Shown piece by piece: positions 58,412 to 64,000 of a DNA stretch of 64,000 bases. The stretch comes from Centroscyllium fabricii (taxonomy: Eukaryota): positions 30,628,001-30,692,000 of the forward strand of contig JBNRSN020000015.1 of NCBI GenBank assembly GCA_051313645.2, written 5' to 3'. The translations under genes were made by a program, and so were the position numbers. The notes beneath the pieces were generated by a model, which did no database searches, was not told the DNA's origin, and saw only the letters and a list, made by a program, of their open reading frames with translations. Numbering within the stretch: position 1 is the stretch's first letter; the number at the start of each line of letters is the position of its first letter.

Positions 58412-61400
58412 TGAGATGCCTCAAATCAAAGACGGCAGCGAGTTCTTAAATAAGTAGCTTTTATTCACAAGGAACTGAACCGTGTCCCCGATGAGCCTGC
58501 CCGGAATGAGAGATAAGTGGGTGGCGCATTCTCCTTTATACTAGTACCCAGAGGCGGGGTCAGCCGGTACAGGTCCTTACAGAAAGGTACAAATGTTAAC
58601 AGATATATAACAAACACACTAAACAAAACTATATACAATAACCGTACAGTGTGAACCACCCCAAAAGGTTCATCATATTCACCCCTTCCTTAAAAACAAG
58701 TCCCGCGGGGCGAATATCAGCACTGTGTTATAAGTCTTTGTGGAGGTTTAACAGTCTGATCAGATCGGCGAGGCAGTGTCGGTTCTGGCGAAGAAGCGGG
58801 GGTAGTCGTAATCGGAAAAGACGCTGACGGGGCTCCCGACGTGAACAGAGACTCCACCGGTGGAAGAGGTACCTCAGGCACAGGAAGATCTGGTGGAGGT
58901 GTAGCAGCCGCCGGAAGAGTAGGCTGAGCAACATGATGAGCTCCGTCGTGCATTGGGAGTGACGAGGGCCCCGATGTAGTGTGCGCAGGTGAATGAAAAG
59001 ACGGCTCCTGTTGTGAAAATGTGACCTGGGAGGGCAAGGGCTCCGCCAACGACTCAGAGTGAACGTCTCCAGTGGGTGCAAGGTCTCTAATGGAGACGGT
59101 ATTCTCACGCCTGTCTGGGTACGCCACGTAGGCATACTGAGAGTTGGCATGCAGCAGGCTCACACGTTCGACAAGAGGGTCCGTCTTGTGTCCACGGACA
59201 GCCTTCTAAGCAAAACCGGCCCCGGGTTGGTAAGCCACGTCGGCAGAGACGTGCCCGAAGTCGATTTCCTAGGGAAAGAGAAGAGTTTCTCGTGAGGTGT
59301 GCAACCGGTGGCTGTGCACAAGAGGGAGCGGGTAGCGTGGAGTGCATCCTGGAGGACCTCCTGCCAATGGGAGGTTGGAAGGCCTTTGGATCGAAGGGCC
59401 AGGGTGATGGCCTTCCAGATGGTCCCATTATAACGTTCTACCTGACCGTTCCCCCGGGGGTTGTAACTGGTCGTTCTGCTCGAGGCAACCCCCATCACGA
59501 GCAGAAAATGACGCAGTTCATCACTCATAAATGAGGACCCCTGGTCGCTGTGTATGAAGCCGGGAAGGCCGAAAATGGCGAATAGCGTGATAAAATACTT
59601 TATCACTGTTGCACTCGTCATATCTGGGCATGGGAATGCAAAAGGGAAACGGGAGAACTCGTCGACCGCAGTGAGAATGTACGAGTTACGGTTGGTAGAG
59701 GGGAGGGGACCTTTGAAGTCCACACTCAGGCGCTCGAATGGGCGGGTGGCCTTGATGAGGTGCGCCCTGTCAGGCCTGTAAAACTGGGGCTTGCACTCAG
59801 CACAGACAGGGCACTCCTGCGTCATCGCCTTGATCTCCGCAATGGAATAAGGGAGATTGCGTGATTTGACGAAGTGAGCGAGCCTGGTGACCCCCGGGTG
59901 GCAGAGATTACCGTGGAGGGTACTCAGACTACCCGACTGCGCGCTGGCACACATTCCTCGGGACAGGGCGTCAGGGGGATCGTCAAGCTTCCCTGGCCGG
60001 TACAGAATGTCGTACTCAAAAGCGGAGAGTTCGATCCGCCACCTGAGGATCTTGTCATTCTTGATTTTACCCCTCTGTTTATGGTGGAACATAAATGCTG
60101 GTCAGTAAGAAGGGTAAATCGTTTACCGGCCAAATAGTGGCGCCGGTGGCGCACTGTTTCCACGATTGCTTGGGCCTCCTTTTCCACTGAAGAGTGGCGG
60201 ACTTCAGGGCCCTGCAGGGTACAGGAGAAGAAAGCGACGGGCCTGCCTGCCTGGTTAAGGGTGGCGGCCAGGGCGAAGTCTGAGGCGTCGCTTTCGACCT
60301 GGAAAGGGAGAGACTCATCAATGGCGTGCATGGGTGCCTTGATCATGTCTTGCTTGATATGCGAAAAAGCAATTTGGGCCTCTAACGGGAGCGGGAAGGA
60401 GGTAGCCCTGAGGAGAGGCCGGGCCTTATCAGCATAATGGGGAACCCATTGTGCATAGTAAGAGAAAAACCCCAGGCATCTCCTCAAAGCTTTGGGGGAG
60501 TGCGGTAGGGGCAGCTCCTGAAGGGGGCGCATACGTTCGGGGTCGGGGCCGAGGACCCCGTTCTCAACCACGTAGCCGAGGATAGCCAACCGGTTAGTGT
60601 TGAGAACGCACTTATCCTCATTGTAAGTGAGGTTCAGACGCTGGGCCGTACGGAGAAACCTGTCCAAATTGGCATCATGATCTTGCTGGTCATGGCCGCA
60701 GATCGTGACATTGTCCAAATACGGGAATGTGGCCTGTAAATCATACTGGTCAACCATTCGGTCCATCTCTCGTTGGAAGACCGAAACTCCATTGGTAACC
60801 CCAAAGGGGACCCGGAGGAAGTGAAAAAGGTGCCCATTTGCCTCGAAGGCAGTGTATTTACGGTCCTCAGCTCTGATGGGGAGCTGGTGATAGGCCGACA
60901 AGGTTGATGGTGGAGAAGACCTTATACTGGGCAATCTGATTGACCATGTCATTGATTCTAGGAAGCGGATAAGCATTGAGCCCAGTGTAGCGGTTAATAG
61001 TCTGGCTATAGTCGATGACCATGCGCTGTTTGTCTCCAGACTTCACCACCACCACCTGGGCCCGCCACGGGCTGTTACTGGCCTCGATGATGCCCTCCCG
61101 CAACAACCGAGCAACCTCTGCTTTGATAAAGGTGCGGTCTCCCGCGCTGTATCGCCGACTCTTGGTTGCAATGGGCTTGCAGTCAGGGTCAAGTTTGGCG
61201 AACAGCGAGGGGGGGTCTATCTTCAAGGTAGACAGACCGCAAGAGGAGTGTGGTTGTGAGGCAGGGCAGTCGCGGCTGCTGACCGTGAGAGGAGGCAGGG
61301 GACCGCCGTACGCCATCGTCACGCTCTGCAGATTGCACTGGAAGTCCAGGCCAAGTAACACGGGCGCAGAGCTGTGGGAGGACGTACAGTTGAAAGTTGC

Positions 61401-62850
61401 GGTATGTCGTCCCCTTCACGGTAATAGTGACTGTACAGCAGCCGATGACGTCCACAGTCTGGGACTCGGAGGCGAGGGACATTTTACGATGTGTGGGCCT
61501 AACCCTGAGGGAATAACGGCGCACCGTATCAGGGTGTATGAAGCTCTCCGTACTCCCAGTATCGAACAGACATCGGGTGAGGTGCCCCTCTACCCGGATG
61601 GGCATCATCGATGACATGAGAGACTGATTGATGGCCGTAGAGGCAAGTGGGGTGTGCGCGCTGGGGCCCTTGTGTAATGCAGGGTCCGCGAGCGATGGCG
61701 GCGCCCGTGATTCGCACGCGGTGGTCCGCGGTGGCGTTTTGGGCCGTTGGGAGGACCGCTGGGTGGGTTGCTGAGAAAGCCGTTGGGAGGACCGACGGGC
61801 TCGTGGCGCACAAGCGCCAGAATGCTGAATTGCCCTGGAGTTGCCTGTTGCTGCTGCCAGGATCATTGGAGTTTATCCAGGGCTGCCTGTTGCTGCTGCT
61901 GCCTGCGTCGGTAAGCTTGCCTTAAACAAAGATGGCGGCACCCTGGGCTGGGGCGGGGCCGCTGCTGCCAGGAGGCGAGTTGATCAAAGCTGGCGGCGCC
62001 CTGTGCTGGGACGCTGCCGCTGCTGCCAGGATACCCGACGGCGCCCGCGTTTTGCACCGAATCGGCGAGGAAGAAGGTGCCCACGCCCCCAAAGATGGCG
62101 GAGCGTGGGAAACGAGCGAGAAAGAAGATGCCCGCGCCCCCAAAGATGGCGGAGCGTGGGAAACGATGTTGGCAGGCCGCATCTGAGGCAAGGTAGGTGG
62201 CAATCGTTCAGAGAGCCGCTGTTGGGGGGCGCTAGGTACCTGAGGCCACTCTGTGGCGTGGACATCGCAGGCCGCTGCCGTTTTCCGTGCTGATTCCAGG
62301 GCCGATCGGCAGACCTTTGCAAAATGGCCCTTCTTGCCACATTTGGAGCAGGAAGATGCCTTCGCTGGGCAGGAGTTTCGTGGATGGCGTTTCTGGCCGC
62401 AAAAGAAGCATTTTGGAGGCGCTGGCTGTCCAGATGGTGCCGTGGCCGTCACGGTCACCGTCGCGGGCATCGAACGCGAGTCCCAAGACCCAGGGGAAAC
62501 CGTGTGGGAGCCGTGCCCTGTGTACGAATCTAGGCTCTGGAGTGCCCCATCCACCGCGTTGGAAAGCTTCACCGCCTCATTTAGGGATAAATTATCCTGC
62601 AGACGGGTGCGGGCTGGGGCCGATCTGATGCCTGCCACGTAGGCATCGCGGACGAGGAGGTCCATGTGCTCCTGGGTGTTAACGGACGCATCCGCAGCGC
62701 AGAACGAGAGCTTGAAGAGCCTCCAGGTACTCCTCATTCGACTCACCATGCTGTTGCCGCCTCGTGGCGAGTAGATGGCGAGCATAGACTGCGTTGACTG
62801 GCTGGAGATATCGAGCCTTCAGTAGCTCCATCGCTGCATTGTATTCCGTG
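58412..62850 (-). mobile_element. Gypsy element B (same family as A): 3' LTR 58412-58677, decayed pol and gag; 5' part displaced by element C
   Basis: High protein similarity to A (FDTGSTESF, YLDNVTI, HSDQGSSF); gag broken at TEYNAAMELLK. Confidence 0.93.
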
Positions 62851-64000
62851 TGTGGTAACCCTTTTATGTAATTGTTTTACCACTGTATTATTGTGCCAAT
62901 AATGGGCTGTGCAGATGTAAGGCACAGCCCAGTAACCTGTGTAATACTGTTGGGAGCCAGGTCAGCCGCACCTCTAACTCCTCCCCCAGGTGAGGCCCTT
63001 TATAGGTGGAAACTGACCGAGGCTCCTCATTCCTGTACAGAAGTTTGTTCCGGAGGGTAGCTCCAATCTTAGCGACTAAAAGCCTTTAGTTACGGTAACT
63101 ACTCGTCAACTCTTTTAATCGAAGGTATTGACGATACGTCAATTTTAATCGCTAAATATTTTTTAATGGAGAGCAGCGCAGTTAAACCTGAGAAGCTGGA
63201 CATCAGTCCCCAGGACCTGGCCGCTGCTACCACGTTAGAACACTGGTTCGGCCTCCTGAAGGCCTACATGGACGCCGCCAAGGCTACATCGGACAGGAAC
63301 AAATTGCAGGTCCTCCGGTCGAGGATCTCCAGCAGGGTATTCTCCCTCATCAGAAACGCCTCAACCTACACAGCGGCTGTGCTGCAACTAAGAAAATGCT
63401 ACGAGCGCCCGGTCCATTCGGTCTACGCCCGACATGTGCTTGCAACCAGATCTCCGCTACCGGGTGAGACCAATGAGCAGTTCGAGCAAGCGCTCCAGGC
63501 CCTGGTACGGGTCTGTGGCTGCCAAGCCAGAACAGCTGAAGAGGAGGCGAATCTCCTCGTTCGGGACGCTTACGTTACAGGACTAAGGTGTGTGGAAGCC
63601 CGCCAGCGGCTACTGGAGAGAGACACTCTGTCCCTCGAGGAGGCGTTTAAGATAGCCAACTCAGTAGAGGGGGCCCGAAACAAACTACAGGCGTACAGCG
63701 GCACTAACCCGCAAGCCTACGACATATGGGCCGCGCCACAACGGGCCCAGGCCTGGGCAGCACGACAACGGGCCGAGACCCCCACGATGGCTGCGACAGC
63801 CACAAAAGATAAGCGCTGCTACTTCTGCAGCCACGGACTGCACCCAAGAGCGAGATGCCCAGCCAGGACAGCGACCTGCGAGAGGTGCGCTACGAAAGGA
63901 CACTACGCTAAAGCCTGCAGATCAGCTCCAGCAGCGCCTAACCCCAGGTACAACAGTGCAGCCTGTGAGAGCACCGACAGACACCAGGTAAGCTGCAATA
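62851..64000 (+). mobile_element. Gypsy element C (same family), 5' LTR 62851-63141, running off the window
   Basis: LTR starts TGTGGTAACC and ends GACGATACGTCA, like A; inserted antisense in the gag of B. Confidence 0.92.
63166..64000 (+). CDS. Intact Gag N-terminus of element C (open to the window end; absent from the ORF track)
   Basis: MESSAVKPEKLDISPQ..YARHVLATR..CYFCSHGLHPRARC..CERCATKGHYAKAC, no stop on manual translation. Confidence 0.9.
   Translation, partial: MESSAVKPEKLDISPQDLAAATTLEHWFGLLKAYMDAAKATSDRNKLQVLRSRISSRVFSLIRNASTYTAAVLQLRKCYERPVHSVYARHVLATRSPLPGETNEQFEQALQALVRVCGCQARTAEEEANLLVRDAYVTGLRCVEARQRLLERDTLSLEEAFKIANSVEGARNKLQAYSGTNPQAYDIWAAPQRAQAWAARQRAETPTMAATATKDKRCYFCSHGLHPRARCPARTATCERCATKGHYAKACRSAPAAPNPRYNSAACESTDRHQVSCN

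Overview
Repeat-dominated eukaryotic DNA, almost certainly from a cartilaginous fish (shark or ray). It carries V-SINE/HE1-like and DeuSINE/SacSINE1-like SINEs plus CR1, L2, Rex1 and Penelope retroelements. No complete host gene is visible; three short candidate + strand exons suggest the window may be intronic. It holds about 9 CR1 pieces and five Gypsy insertions: one CsRN1-like with a Trp PBS, one Mag-like with a Leu PBS, and three related elements, of which the two with a visible 5' end have no tRNA PBS. Also present are a ~1.9-kb solo LTR, two decayed PIF/Harbinger transposases with several MITEs, pogo/Tc1-type and hAT MITEs, and nesting up to four layers deep. The two most notable signals are: (1) in the PBS-less Gypsy family, a covarying 13-nt leader complementary to the LTR poly(A) signal, suggesting self-priming and/or poly(A) occlusion; (2) a 169-bp-arm palindrome inside a hAT MITE whose arms differ by 31 A/G changes, 1 T/C change and no indels. 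All calls were made by eye without database searches, and boundaries of old repeats are approximate.
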